DNA from: Octopus vulgaris
Taxonomy: Eukaryota
Reading direction: 5' to 3'
DNA length: 64,000 nt
Assembly (NCBI GenBank): GCA_951406725.2
Contig: OX597817.1
Coordinates: 116,684,001-116,748,000, forward strand
Below are positions 1 through 13,058 of the stretch, in pieces (the first letter of the stretch is position 1; every line of letters starts with the position of its first letter). The position numbers and the translations under genes were made by a program. The notes under the pieces were generated by a model that made no database searches, was not told the DNA's origin, and saw only the letters and a list, made by a program, of their open reading frames with translations.

Positions 1-130
1 GTTGAAAACGAGAATGATATTTTAAGTAATTCATGTTATTGCCGAACAGAAAAATGAAGTGGTGTCAGTTTATATAAAAATAAATATCTATTGCAAATCT
101 TGATATAGGTTTGTGCAAGTTGTGTATATA

Positions 131-131
<1 letters not shown>

Positions 132-208
<77 letters not shown>

Positions 209-399
209 TCATACGCATATATATATATACTCATGTGCACAATTGCAAAAACACACAGACACATGTTGCAGCTCATACACATACATGCATATGCACACAC
301 ACACACACATGCATATTCATCTAAACTAGAAACTATATATATTATTCTATATTATTCTATATACTGTATATATTATAAAACTATATATATTATTCTATA

Positions 400-437
<38 letters not shown>

Positions 438-440
438 CTA

Positions 441-493
<53 letters not shown>

Positions 494-510
494 AAACTAT
501 ATATATATTA
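132..510. repeat. (CA)n followed by (TA)n-rich microsatellites
   Basis: Pure CA run at about 132-206 and TA-rich runs at about 330-510. These explain ORFs 36..218, 111..329 and 113..580. Confidence 0.95.
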
Positions 511-942
511 TTCTTATTCACTAAGTCACTTAGTGTCAAGACTCTCCCGCCTTCTCTCTGTATCTCTCTCTCTCTCTTAAATTCTATGAAAACTTGTGAA
601 GTCAGACAATGTCAGGCAAGCTTTTCTCTTTCTCTCACTCTCTGTGCCTTTCATTTTCTGCCCGAAAGAGAAAGACAGAGAGAGCAATAAAGAAAGAGGG
701 TAGGGATAATGGTGGTACATGCAAATGATGTCAAATTCTCTGTTTCTTTCATTTCTCTTTCTCTCTTTGTCTTTCTGACTGTCTGTCTGTCTAATTGTCT
801 GTCTCACTTTCTCTTTCTCTTTGGCCCTGTCTCTCTGTCTCCCTGTGTTTCTCTCTCTCTCTGTCTGTCTCTCTATCACACTCCCTATTTCTCATTGTAT
901 TTCTATTTCTATACATATAATAAAATGCTGTGTGTTTCACAC

Positions 943-1060
943 TCAGGTCATGCAGCTTTCAGGGTAACCAGAACAACAAATGGATTGGGAGAGAATAACA
1001 TCAGAAGTAATAGATGTAGTGAATTGCTGTGAGAACTTTTGCACAGCAGTAGCTAGTATT
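943..1060 (-). pseudogene. Exon remnant, S2-S3-like segment (repeat IV)
   Basis: Acceptor ttttgattAG. Reads VLTAIHYIYYF*CYSLPIHLLFWLP*, resembling the 'IA.HY...F..D..S.LP..LL' segment of CNBD channels. Confidence 0.35.
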
Positions 1061-1271
1061 CTAATCAAAATGAAACAGTAAATCTTTTCCTGGATTATAT
1101 TTATCAATTTTACATGTACACACACACACGCACACACACGTGCACACGTTCACACACATAGACTCACACAAGCACACACATACACATATGCATCTACATA
1201 TGATAATAAAAGTTAAACTCTTTGTCTTTTCAGAACATTATTGTTCACATAACATTTATAGATTATGTATG

Positions 1272-1662
1272 GTGGTGGAAGCACTCCATCGGTTACGACG
1301 ATGAGGGTTCCGGTTGATCCGATCAACGGAACAGCCTGCTCCTGAAATTAACGTGTAAGTGGCTGAGCACTCCACAGACATGTGTACCCTTAACGTGGTT
1401 CTCGGGGATATTCAGCGTGACACAGAGAGTGACAAGGCTGGCCCCTTGAAATACAGGTACAACAGAAACAGGAAGTAAGAGTGAGAGAAAGTTGTGGTGA
1501 AAGAAGAGTACAGCAGGGGAATCACCACCATCCCTGCCGGAGCCTCGTGGAGCTTTTAGGTGTTTTCGCTCAATAAACACTCACAACGCCCGGTCTGGGA
1601 ATCGAAACTGCGATCCTACGACCGTGAGTCCGCTGCCCTAACCACTGGGCCATTGCGCCTCC
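1272..1662 (-). mobile_element. tRNA-derived SINE (octopus OR1-like), full length
   Basis: Minus strand starts GGAGGCGCAATGGCCCAGTGGTTAGGGCAGCGGACTC...GTTTCGATTCCC (A and B boxes), has a GC-rich body of about 390 bp and ends in a (CCA)n-like tail. Confidence 0.8.
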
Positions 1663-1933
1663 ACAGAATATATATGTATATAAATAAAAGTGGCTAAGCA
1701 ACCTGTTGCCTGCCTCTCTATATATATATGGGGCTGACCAGAGTGGAGTAATCTCAAGTATAACCAGCTGAAATTGCAAAGATAATCTGGAACTCGACTG
1801 AGGAAAGAAAACTCCGTATGACCGGTCCTTGTTTTCTTTGTATCGTCTATCTGGATGTTTTGTTGTCCTTTCTTCTGTCACCTATCTGGATGGTTTGTGT
1901 TCTTGTCCCATTTTGTATTTAGATATATGTGTG

Positions 1934-1997
<64 letters not shown>

Positions 1998-2317
1998 TGT
2001 CTGTGTATTGGGTGCAGTGAATTAACTGTTGTCTAATTTATGCAAAAATGAAAATAACACTGACATCTCATTTTAACAGATATATTTACCAAAATTACAT
2101 AAAAATATCTAAAGAGTAAATTTACTCAATAAAATCACCATTGGCTTCAACCACAGCCTCCAAATGACTTCAGAATCTCTTTCGCCCTCTTGAACAGTTC
2201 AAGGAAAAGAGATAGAAAATAAAGGACACATATGTAAAGGGATACATAAGATAGAAAAGAAAGTGAAAAGAGAAATAGTTATGGTGGCAACTGGTCCAAA
2301 GCTAACTAACACATAAA

Positions 2318-3900
2318 CCAGTGGTTCCCAAGTGTTTGTAGCTCATGCCCATCTCCCATTGAAACTGTTACCTTTTCTGTGAAACCATAGATATTTATTT
2401 AATGGAAAAGTACTTCAATTTGTTAATAATTAGGTGTAGGAGTGGCTGTGTGGTAAGTAGCTTGCTTATGAACCACATGGTTCCAGGTTCAGTCCCACTG
2501 CATGGCACCTTGGGCAAGTGCCTTCTACTATAGCCTCGGGCCGACCAAAGCCTTGTGAGTGGATTTGGTAGATGGAAACTGAAAGAAGCCCGAGGTATAT
2601 ATGTATATATATATATGTATGTATGTGTGTGTGTGTATATGTTTGTGTGTCTATGTTTGTCCCCCTAACATCACTTGACAACCGATGGTGGTGTGTTTAC
2701 ATCCCTGTAATAGTGGTTCGGCAAAGAGAGCGATAGAATAAGTACTAGGCTTGCAAAGAATAAGTCCTGGGGTTGATTTGCTCGACTAAAGGCGTTGCTT
2801 TAGCATGGCCAAAGTCAAATGACTGAAACTACTAAAAGAGTAAAAGAGTAAATAATTAATATTAGAAACAAGCCACATTTGAAAAAATTAAGAAACTTTA
2901 GTTAATATTTTTGTAAAATTTATCATGTAATAATGAAATTTTAAATATTGTTTTTAAGTTAGTTTTATTATCATGTACTTTATTTCTATGAATATTTAAA
3001 AATTGATAAATTGTAATGAAACAGCATTTGAACAAACATTTTTAATAGTATACAGTTTTTAAAAAAAACTTTCCAAAGGCGACATGCGTTCTACCAATAA
3101 CATAATAAAATTCATAAAGTATCAGTGTCTATTAATTGCATATTTATTCCCTATTATTCTATATCAGAAAAACAAAGAATATTTTGTGGGTTCAACAAAA
3201 CAACCATTCATATCATACATTATTTTTCTGATGTAACATGCATAACAAAAACCTTTCTTGATAACCAGAAAATTAATAACATCTAAAATATGATTAGTTT
3301 CTCAGCACATAAATAAAATCTTTTTTGGCAAAATATAAATAAATATTGCCTTTTTCACTGTAAAGATTCAGTTACATCTTTGTAGGTGATGCAGTTATGA
3401 AAGTATTTTAGAAACAAATGATCACCTTTACTTAACAATTACTAAATGATCATGACATTTTGATAATAGGAAAGACACACAGCTAAAAATCTAACTCAAC
3501 TAGGTAAGATGCAGGAAAGGCAAGGAAATATAATTTTACTTACTGTTAAAGCAATGGTGTTTTCTAGTAAGCCTGATATCAACATGTGTTGCATTTGTTC
3601 CATATTAGTCTACCACCCAACTTGGGACATTCATTTCCAGATCTTTGAACCTAATTCCCATATCATTGCATAGTTCCTTCAAGTGCTCAATGTACATTAA
3701 AAAATCATTCTCATGCATTTCCTCTTCAACAGTGGTAAGGTTTAGAAAATTCATCAACTCCTTAAGCCCGATATTTATACTGAACAGATTAAATTTTCCA
3801 AGGAAAGTACTAGAAGCCTCTATGTAAATTAAAAGATTTGTATTTTTAAATTCTAGCTGTTTTTTCAGCAAATTTATCCTTTCAGCTATATTTGAAAGGT
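2318..3900 (-). mobile_element. Decayed hAT (Charlie/Buster-like) DNA transposon
   Basis: ORF 3605..3871 (...YIEHLKELCNDMGIRFKDL...PSWVVD) and an FLAFPASYLVE-like hAT dimerization motif near 3500-3530. Charlie-type terminus CAGTGGTTCCCAA at about 2319. Interrupted by a SINE. Confidence 0.6.
2433..2850 (+). mobile_element. tRNA-derived SINE family A (internal TA/TG microsatellite, AAAAGAGT tail)
   Basis: GGTGTAGGAGTGGCTGTGTGGTAAG...GGTTCAGTCCC head and (TAAAAGAG)2 tail, flanked by aataatta direct repeats. Near-identical copies at 7683 and 49567. Confidence 0.9.
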
Positions 3901-4454
3901 AGAATTTGCCGCATTTGGCAGCTTAGTATTTCTTCTCTAAGCTGTTTACCATTCAGTAGCAATTTCAATGCTGTCCTGCTGTTCAACAAAGCAACACAAG
4001 CAATTACTCTTAGAGATTGTCAGTGGATGTATGAACTTCAAAGCAGTACCATAATATTTAATTCATACAAGACTTTGCAATGCCAACTTGATGTTTTATT
4101 CATCAATGATGAATTAATATTGAAATGTCAAACGAATCCCTGTTTCTTTTCTTCTTTTTTTTCTCTCATGATGGAACTTAAGGTATGAAAAAATGTATGT
4201 ATACATATTCTTTTCTATGGTAATTTTTGAAGAAATAACAGACAAGAATAGAATTTTAGGAAGAAACACTGGCAGTTCCATGGCTTGCTTCATCTAGACT
4301 CTGCTCTCAATTCTTAAATTTTCCTGAAGCCCCACTGAAATTGACATGGACCTTTCAGGCACCATACGGTTTTAGAATGGAAAGCATCAGCAAAGCACAT
4401 GACACAATGCTCCTAGAATGAACTGCTAGTATTATTTACACGAGGTTCACTAAG

Positions 4455-4650
4455 AAGGTAAGCTAGCAGAATAATTAGCATGTTTGGCAAAAAGCCTAGC
4501 AGCATTTCTTCCAGCTTTATGTTCTGAGTTCAAATTCCTCCAAGGCTGACTTTTCCTTTTGGAATCAATAAAATAAATACTAGTTGAGCACTGGGGTTGA
4601 TGAAATCCCTTACCTAAACTTTCAGGCCTTATGTCTATAGCTGCAAGAAT
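4455..4650 (+). mobile_element. SINE family B, degenerate
   Basis: AGCTAGCAGAA...GTTCTGAGTTCAAATTC...CACTGGGGTTGA, similar to the copy at 18276. Confidence 0.65.
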
Positions 4651-4992
4651 TTGCATAGGGTCACCTATTGGTGGATGGATGTAGAAAACTTCAGTTTTTA
4701 ATTCATCCATTTCTTTAATAACCTTATAGTATAGTGATTATTCTTTCATATCTTTTGTAGCACCACTGAGTTATTGGGCATGTAGACAATCCAAAACCAG
4801 TTGTCAAGGGTTGAGGGACAAACACACTCACACGGTTTCTATCTACTAAACTATTTCAGAAAGCATTAGTTAATCTGGGGCTGCAGTGAAAGACACTTGC
4901 GCAAGGTGTCACTTAGCACAACTGAATCTGAAACTAAGTAGTTGCAAAGTAAACCTCATATCCACAGCCATGCCTACACCTTTTGAATATTG

Positions 4993-5201
4993 GTTTCAAA
5001 TTTTGGCTCCAGACCAGTAATTTGAGGGAACAGGGTAGTCAATTACATCAACCTCAGTGCTCAACTGAAACTTATTTCATTGACCCCGAAATAATAAAAG
5101 CAAAGTCAGCCTCAGCAGAATTTGAAATCAGAACTTAAGGATAGGCAAAATGCCACTAAGCATTTTGTCCAGCATATAAAAAAATCTGCCAGCTTGCTAC
5201 T
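4993..5201 (-). mobile_element. SINE family B with 18-bp target-site duplication
   Basis: Reverse-complement match to the 18276 copy. tacaccttttgaatattg occurs at 4975-4992 and 5202-5219. Confidence 0.8.
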
Positions 5202-5555
5202 TACACCTTTTGAATATTGTCAAGACATTGTGTTCACAATCTATTTTCATTGACGTCACAATTCCACTAGCAACAAATATCCTCTATACTCCAAACATCT
5301 TTGTAAATGAAATACAAAATATCCTTCTACTTCAAACACAAAATATCTCTCAAATTTTGGTATTCTTCACATGCAAAGTGACAGACATGCTTTTCTTTTT
5401 ACAATCACAAGAAGTTAAAGAAATAACACAAAGAGTTTTCTTCATTAGAGCATTTTCACATGGATTGACATTGGCATTTGAAATCATGCAATGTTATCAA
5501 TATGCATAAAAGTGTCACTTTAAAACATTGCTAAATAATGAACATGACAGCCTAC

Positions 5556-5666
5556 CTCAAAGGAAGAAACTGAAGGATCAGCTATTATTGAATGTTTCAG
5601 CATGGATAGAAAGGCTTTGAAGTAGTTGAAAGCTGCAGATTTATCAAGTATATTGAAAGCATAGGT
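5556..5666 (-). pseudogene. Exon remnant, start of CNBD-like domain (repeat III)
   Basis: 111-nt open phase-0 exon between tatgtAG and GTaggc: TYAFNILDKSAAFNYFKAFLSMLKHSIIADPSVSSFE (compare 'IL.K...F....AFL.ML'). Confidence 0.45.
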
Positions 5667-6279
5667 CTACATAGATAGCATACTAATTACTCAGTAAAGT
5701 GCAAAATGGTTTCACTCGCAAATGACTAGTCCTGAACTATCATCAGAAACTTTTAACCCTTTATCATTCAGATTACTCTGTTAAATACAATGTCTTTATA
5801 TTCATGTTATTTTGTCTCATAGCTTTGCGATTTTAAGGATGTGATTGTTTATTTTTAGAATGACAGTTATTTTTAAAATGAAGTGTAGGTGTGAGAGGCC
5901 AGATTTGCTAAGTTTAAATGTTAGAGGATTAAATAACAATGAAAATGCACTGAAGAAGGGGCAATTACAGAAGCCTAACATTAGGAAAGCAAGACTTGAC
6001 AACAGCTAGGAAACTTATGAAAGTTAGTCACTTGATTTGGATAAAATGTTGCTTGGAATTGGATCACCAATGTCATGCTTCAGATGCAGCCACTGCAAGT
6101 TAAGTTCTTTAGCAAAGAGCAAAGAAGAAACCACTTGTATTTGTTTAACTGAAGAATGTTTTTGCTGGTTACTCTACAGATTAATGAATGTAGAAAAGCT
6201 AGGTGGGGAGGAATTGCTTGTAAGAGAAAGTGTAATTGAATACATGGCTGCCATAATGATGATTAGGATTAAGGACAAC

Positions 6280-6425
6280 AACAGTGATGTTGATGATGTT
6301 GTTGGTGCTATTGATGCAGCTGCTGATGATGATGGTAGTACTTGTGCTATTCCTGCAGCTGTTGCTGCTGTTGCTGATGATGATGATGGCAATGATGATT
6401 ATGACTGTGATTATGATGATGATGG
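6280..6425. repeat. Degenerate (GAT/GCT)n trinucleotide repeat
   Basis: gatgttgatgat...gctgctgatgat; explains ORFs 6037..6462, 6174..6392 and 6284..6496. Confidence 0.85.
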
Positions 6426-6796
6426 AGAGATCATTTTTGGCTCCTCAATCAAATCAACATAGTTATACTGACAACATCCAAAGGGCATCAACCTAATGTC
6501 TTATTAGATGTTTTTCTTACTGTTGCTGCTACCCCTAGTCAGGAGAGCTATGTTAAAAGGCATTCCTGTGATGACCATCTCATTTTTTTTCAGGTATAAT
6601 GTATTGGAAATTACATTATCCAATGCATTTTTATATTTCTAAGTTAATACAGTGTGATACAAGAGAGATTTAGCTGATACTTCTAGTATCTCAAGAAACC
6701 ATATAAAAGCCATTTTCTTGGCATTCCTTATTTGGTATTGAAGCAATTATATGGAGGAATCTAATTAGTAATTATGAATATTAATTTTATGACAAG

Positions 6797-6874
6797 TTAC
6801 TTACTATAGATAATGAACATATTAGTAAGTCTTTTATTTTTCTTGCTAATATGTTCATTATCTACAGTAAGTAA
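6797..6874. repeat. 33-bp inverted repeat (hairpin)
   Basis: ttacttactatagataatgaacatattagtaag (6797-6829) pairs with cttgctaatatgttcattatctacagtaagtaa (6842-6874), 2 mismatches. Confidence 0.85.
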
Positions 6875-6878
6875 TTTT

Positions 6879-6950
6879 GGGGATATAGCTCAGAGGTAGT
6901 GCATTTGACTACAAATTGAGTGGTCCCAAGTTCGAAGCTGGGTGTCTCCT
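6879..6950 (+). pseudogene. tRNA-Cys-derived pseudogene or element head
   Basis: GGGGATATAGCTCAGAGGTAGTGCATTTGACTACAAATTGAGTGGTCCCAAGTTCGAAGCTGGGTGTCTCCT aligns to metazoan tRNA-Cys(GCA). The anticodon reads ACA and the stems carry mismatches. Confidence 0.75.
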
Positions 6951-7059
6951 TCAGGTTTTTGGGGTGTCCTATGGGACAACCTAGATGAGATGAGGTATTA
7001 GTAAGACTAATTCTGTAATAGCTTTAAATTTATTTAATTTAGCCCTATATTATACAGAT

Positions 7060-7445
7060 AGGCATGGTTGTATGGTAAGAAGTTTGCTCCCAAACTACAT
7101 GGTATCCTGTTCAGTTATACTGCACAGCATCTTTGGCAAGTGACTTCTACTATCACCCCAGGGAGACCAAAGACATGTGATTGGATTTTGTAGATGGAAA
7201 TGAAAAGAAACCAGGTGTGTGTGTGTGTGTGTGTGTGTGTGCATGTGTGTGTCTGTCTGTCTGTCTGACCACTGTTTAACAACTAGTGTTAGTCTGTTTA
7301 TGTCCCTGTAACTTAGCAGTTCAGCAAGTGACCGATAGAATACTTTAAAAAAAAGTCCTGGGGGTGATTTGTTCAGCTAAAAACATTCTAAGTGGTACCC
7401 CAGTATGGTCACAGCTCAGTAACTGAAGCAAGTAAAAAATAAGAG
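7060..7445 (+). mobile_element. SINE family A, older degenerate copy
   Basis: Same head, (TG)n and body layout as 2433-2850. Confidence 0.75.
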
Positions 7446-7682
7446 AAACAAAAATTTCGTGTGGAAGTTTTCTTTCCCCACCTCATAAATAAATTGCTAT
7501 ACAGGTTCAAAGTCATAGGGTCTGGGTGATAAAACGTAACTAAATTAATTCAGTACTAATGTGGTGCTTATTTTATCAACGTGATTGATATGAGGCAAAG
7601 TCTACCTGAACAGGATTTGAACCCAGAAGGAAGAATGATGCAACAGAGTACCACATGGCATTCTTTTCATTACTTTAGAACC

Positions 7683-7910
7683 TACTCTTTTACTCTTTTA
7701 CTTGTTTCAGTCATTTGACTTTGGCCATGCTGGAGCACCGCCTTCAGTCGAGCAAATCGACTCCGGGACTTATTCTTTGTAAGCCTAGTACTTATTCTAT
7801 CGGTCTCTTTTGCCAAACCACTAAGTTATGGGGACGTAAACATATCAGCATCGGTTGTCAAGCAATGTTGGCGGGGACAAATACATACCCACAAACATAG
7901 ACACACACGT

Positions 7911-7941
<31 letters not shown>

Positions 7942-8112
7942 CATATATACGACGGGCTTCTTTCAGTTTCCGTCTACCAAATCCACTCACAAGGCTTTGG
8001 TTGGCCCGACGCTATAGTAGAAGGCACTTGCCCAAGGTGCCACACAGTGGGCCTGAACCCAGAACCATGTGGTTGGTAAGCAAGCTACTTACCACACAGC
8101 CTCTCCTACACC
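7683..8112 (-). mobile_element. SINE family A, full length
   Basis: Reverse complement of the 2433 and 49567 copies, with the tactctttta tail at the left end. Confidence 0.9.
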
Positions 8113-8879
8113 TATAAGAATCCTCCAATATTTCTTACTCATTTAGCATTTATGTAAATAAGGAAACATTTTATTTGTTGCAGTTACATTTGTGGTTTCT
8201 TCATTATTTAACTTCCTTCTTTTCTGTTAAATGTAAAACTCGATTAATCTTATACCACAATGATTAATGTTTCTAATAAATGCATAGATGTTTACAAAAA
8301 TTTCTAGAATTGGATCAACTTTGTTTTTTTTTTCTTGCTGATGAAAGGTCGATGTTAATTCTACATGTGTTGAAAGTTTAATTAATAATACAAACGATAA
8401 CAAGTGACTTTTTTTTCAAAATAATGAAAGCAAACTAAATCTTTAGTTGATTGAAATATTCCACACATTTCAACACTTAAGAAAACTGTGATTTCAAAAG
8501 ATACAATTGCATAATTTAATAGTACATTTTTTTTTCTCCCTCACATGAAAGGAAACAAAGTAATCCATTGAGAATTAATTATAGAATATTTTATTTAAGG
8601 AAATCATATATTGTATTGCTGGTGAAATTAAGTGAAACAGTAAAAGCATGTGTGGTATATAAACTAACAGTTGTTTAAGAATGGAGATAACGTTCAAGGT
8701 GCCACAAATCTAATGATGATAAAAAGCACTATACATATTAGTTATCATTTAAGATTTTAAGGTTTGTCTATCATAAAATAATCACTCTGTAAATATAAGC
8801 AAAAATGGGTGCTGCTTTAGAATGCAGTCTACCACAGTATCTGTAGTCCATGATGTGAAATGACCTGGTCTGGGTTACA

Positions 8880-9025
8880 ATTAGGGTTAAGGTTTAGGGT
8901 TTAGGGTAAAGGTTTGGGGCTAGAGCTTAGGGTTAGGGTTTAGGATTAGGGCCTAGGGTTAGAGCTTATGGTTAGTGTTTAGTGTTAGGTGTTAGGGTTT
9001 AGGGTTGAGGTTTAGTGTTAGGGTT
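8880..9025 (+). repeat. Degenerate interstitial telomere-like (TTAGGG/TTTAGGG)n tract
   Basis: About 20 imperfect TTAGGG-type units. Confidence 0.85.
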
Positions 9026-9039
9026 TTCCTGGCTTCATA

Positions 9040-10445
9040 CCCTTAATTGCTTTATCTACCAGAGTACTGTCTATTCAGAAAGCTGGTCCCTCTACTGGGT
9101 CAATATTTGACCGGTCCTCCTCCTCCCATTCATTCTCCACGTTCAGCAGTCCTTCATAATGGCTTCTCCAAGCCTCTTTTCTTTTCTGAACCATTAAAAG
9201 CAAGTGCACCATCATCCATGGGAATATATTTCTCTCCTATGACATCACAATTTTCTCTCACACACTGTCTTGCAATCCGAAATACTTCAGTTCTTTGGTC
9301 CTCACGTCACTGAATATTGGCAAACTTCTTTCTTCTGCTTCGCCCTTGGCTATGTATACCTGTCGCCCAGCCATTCTTCTGGCTATCTGGTACAGTTCCC
9401 TGCAACACCCACCCTTCCAGACTCTCCATGCCTGTCTCTTTGCTCTAAAGGCTTTGTCTACCGTATTATTCCACCACCCTGTTACTCTGGGTCTCGAAGA
9501 GACTTTGCACCATATGCAGATATGGTCTGTGGCACTCAGTAAGCTATCCCATAGGAATTCCCAGCTACCTTCTATTTCTAAGGTCTGTAGCTCCTCCTCC
9601 CTCTCATCAAATTTCTTGATGGGGATGTCCCTAAATCTCTGACCATGAGAAGGGTTATTCAGCATCCAAATCCTTCTTTTTTAGATTGGTCTGCTTCTTT
9701 GCATCCTTCTGGTCTCAAGTCTAAAGTCACTAATGACTAGTCTATGTTGGGTTGTACATTCTTCACCTGGGAGGGTCTTTGTATTTAAGAGCAACTCTGC
9801 TACGCGCTGTCTGGTGAGGATGAAATCAATCTGGCTAGCAGTCACCTGATTGATAGGTTATCAGGTGGTTGGTCAACTTCCTGAAGTTAGTGTTACAGTT
9901 TAAATGGTTACATGCATCACAGAACTCCAGTAGCTTAATTCTCTCATTGTTTCAGGACCCACCCCCCCGTGTACACTGGTGAAGATACTGGATTGCTGCC
10001 CAACATGCCCATTAAAATCTCCAGCCACAAGGATTAGGTCATTGTCACTCGTTTTTGAGGTAGCCTGTAGAAGAGTATCATAAAAATGGTCCTTCTGATA
10101 ATTTGGCAGGCCCGCTTGTGGGGTGTAGGCAGAGATAATTGTAGCTGTGTTGTTCTGTAGAACTAGCCTGCACTTAAGTACTCTATCACATACTCTGACA
10201 ACCTCTATGACCTTATCCACCCATTTCTCCACAAGGAGTATGCCTACACCCCCTACGCCATTGTCGTTACCTTGCCAGAAGATTTTATACCTATGTGCTT
10301 TACCTGTGAGGACCCTAGCTGAAACTCCTCTCCACCTTAACTTTTTTTATGCAGCATACATCGACATGTCTCCTTTCAGCCATCTCCAATCTCATTAGAC
10401 CTACCATTCAGTGTGCCTACATTGACAGTGCCAACCCTGAAAACT
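9040..10445 (-). mobile_element. RTE-clade LINE fragment (APE endonuclease region), disrupted
   Basis: RVGTVNVGTLNGRS, IISAYTPQAG, LVAGDFNGHVG, SQIDFIL and WWNNTVDKA motifs spread over frameshifted ORFs 10376..10669, 9900..10232 and 9258..9665. Confidence 0.9.
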
Positions 10446-11114
10446 GGGAAAGGAATGTAGAGTGAGGATTGGAGAGGAGAGATGTTAGCGCCAGAAAAGA
10501 AGAGTTTGTCCTGTTTGTTATTTAGGCATGCTTCACCTGTTCTCAATTCCGACCTGACATCATTCAAACATTCAAATGTGTTAAGATTTTTGCCTCTATT
10601 GGAGGTGGGAGTAGGTGTTAGTGGTGTTGTAAGTATAAGCATTATGGTCATTGTAAAAAAAAAGTACATTCAAGTAGTGTTGCAATATGGATATTCCAAT
10701 GTTAGATTAAGTAGGGAGTCAGCTAAACTGGTTGTGTTAGTCCAGGGAGAGGGGATTGCAGGTATGATGGAGGGTACTACTAGCAAGGGGAGGTATCTTT
10801 GTGTCTATGTTTGTCCATCACCATCGCCAGACAACCAGTGCTTAATCAATAGAAAATTCTACCCAACTGAAAATGTGACAAATGAAGGAATACTGAAAGT
10901 TCAGTTGACTGATGGAATATTGAAAGTCCAGTTGACTAACAATGAGATATGTACAGGAGGAGTATATCTTTGATTGCTACAGTGGTAACTTAAGACATGT
11001 TTTGGCCATATTAGACAATCTCAGTTAAGTGTAGTCGATATATAGCAATCAGAAAGCAGAATGACTAGAAGTTGACCAACTAAAACTAATCTGGTCTATA
11101 GCAATCCTGTAAGA

Positions 11115-11310
11115 GCTTCAAATTTTGGCACAAGACCAGTAATTTCAAGTGAGGGAATAAGTGCTTGACTAGTACTTATTTTACGGACCCTTAAAGGATG
11201 AAAGACAAAGTTAGCTTCAACAGAATTTGAACTCAGAATGTAAAGATGGACGAAATTCCACTAATCCTTGGGTCCAGCAGGCTAATGTTTCTGCCAGTTC
11301 ACCTCCTTAG
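11115..11310 (-). mobile_element. SINE family B
   Basis: ...gaatttgaactcagaatgtaaag...tttctgccagttcacc matches the family B reverse complement. Confidence 0.7.
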
Positions 11311-11589
11311 CAGCAATTCTATAATAACATGAACACAAATAGATTAGGAAGAAAGGGTGAACAACCACTTGACTTAAGAGAAATAGCAGTTGAATTTCCC
11401 GGAAATTACAGTCACTCATCTGAGAAAAGGAAGGACATATGTGATAATTTAATTTTATATGCACTCTGTTTGAAAAAGGTTAGAAGATCATGGATGGAGT
11501 GCCTTTGATTACATGCTGATTTGATCATAGTTGACCTAGGGTAAAGGAGCAATAAGAAATAGGAAAACAGATTTCATGGATATTATATT

Positions 11590-11777
11590 TTAACTTTTAC
11601 CTTGTTTCCTTCATTGGTGAGTGGTCATACTGGGTACCACCATAAAGGCTTTAGTTGACTAAAATGAAAGACATTTATTTTTGAAGTCTGGTACTTATTC
11701 TATCGATATCTGTTACTGAACTTCTAAATCATGGGGACATAAACAAACCAACATCAATTGTAAAGTTGTGTAACTAT

Positions 11778-11845
<68 letters not shown>

Positions 11846-11990
11846 GTGCACAATGGGCTTTCACACACTTTCATCTACTGAATTTGTTCACAAGGCATTG
11901 GTCAGCTTGGGGCTATAGCTGAAGACATTCAAGCTGTACACTTGGAATGAACCTGATTCTCATGGCTGCAAAGAAAACTTAACAACACAG
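11590..11990 (-). mobile_element. SINE family A, degenerate, with (TG)n
   Basis: tacttattctatcg...(TG)n...cacaaggcattggtc...gctatag, as in the 7683 copy. Confidence 0.7.
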
Positions 11991-12857
11991 ACAGTATAAT
12001 ATTGATATATTATGCAAAGTATCACTATATCCTGTTAAAATACAAAAAAAAAAACAGGCAATAAAAAATTTATTATATATGTTGAACTGGTTTAAAATAT
12101 TTTAGTAGATAATATGTCATAAGTAAATAAAATCTACTGTCAATGGAATGATATATTCTCATGAAAATTCAAGATAGGTGAATATCAATGATGCTTAGAT
12201 TTAAAAGGAGAGAATGTATTGCATACATTATCAGTTTTTACCTCATTATTAATATTCAGAAGGAACTGGAAAAGACATTGTTAATGCTGTAAGTTGTAAT
12301 GAATATAAATCATAATTATTCAGTGGTTTAAGCCAGTTGTTAGTGTTAAGATATATCTAATTCAAAATAGCATAAAACCTAATGCACTAAAAGTAGCATG
12401 ATAGCTAAATCATTCAACATTGCAAAATGTATTATCTAAATTAAAACAGTAAAACTAACCCTCTAATAGTGATGTGATCACGAAATTAATTTTTAATGTT
12501 GTAAAATGTATCAACAAAACTTAAAACAATAAAAGCTAATTCACTAACAGTAGGTTTTAATGTCAAATCTATCCAATCTAAAACAATGAGAACTATAACT
12601 TTTAGTAATATAATGATTAAACGCTTTTAAATATTATCTCATCTAAAAGAGTGAAAGCTATCTGTTTGACTGTAATATGAAGTTTAACTTAGTTTAAAAT
12701 GTAAAACATTTCTCTCCTGCTGTAACAGTAATATGCTGGTCAAGTCAGTTTTAATACTAAAATCTGTTAAAAAATTGGGGCAGTATATTCACGTATGAGC
12801 AAGTTTTACGAAAACATAAAATATTTAATGGATATATAATATGGTAATTTATTTAGA

Positions 12858-13058
12858 TATTGGCACAAGGCAAGCAGGTTCATGGGTTGGGTAAGTGAAT
12901 TACATGACCCCAGTACTCACTTGATACTTATTTTATCAACCTTGAAAAGATGAAAGGGAAAGTTGACCTCAGTGGAATTTGAACTCAGAATGTAAGGATA
13001 GATGAAATGCCACGAAGCAGTTTGTCCAGTGTGCTAACAATTCTACTAGCTCATCACC
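12858..13058 (-). mobile_element. SINE family B
   Basis: gacccc agtactca...ggaatttgaactcagaatg... Confidence 0.7.

Noticed and set aside
36-580. Long ORFs with HT, YI, CV or MYV repeats (also 20159-20783, 25435-26010, 43400-44006, 55846-56251)
   Set aside because: Translations of di- and tetranucleotide microsatellites that happen to lack stops; not genes.
6037-6462. 141-aa acidic ORF
   Set aside because: Driven by a (GAT/GCT)n repeat, with no domain or convincing exon structure.
6879-6950. Functional tRNA-Cys with an unusual ACA anticodon
   Set aside because: Several stem mismatches indicate decay, so it is treated as a pseudogene or element head.
10482-10973. 163-aa plus-strand ORF
   Set aside because: Runs through LINE flank, SINE debris and a 27-bp tandem duplication; no recognisable protein.
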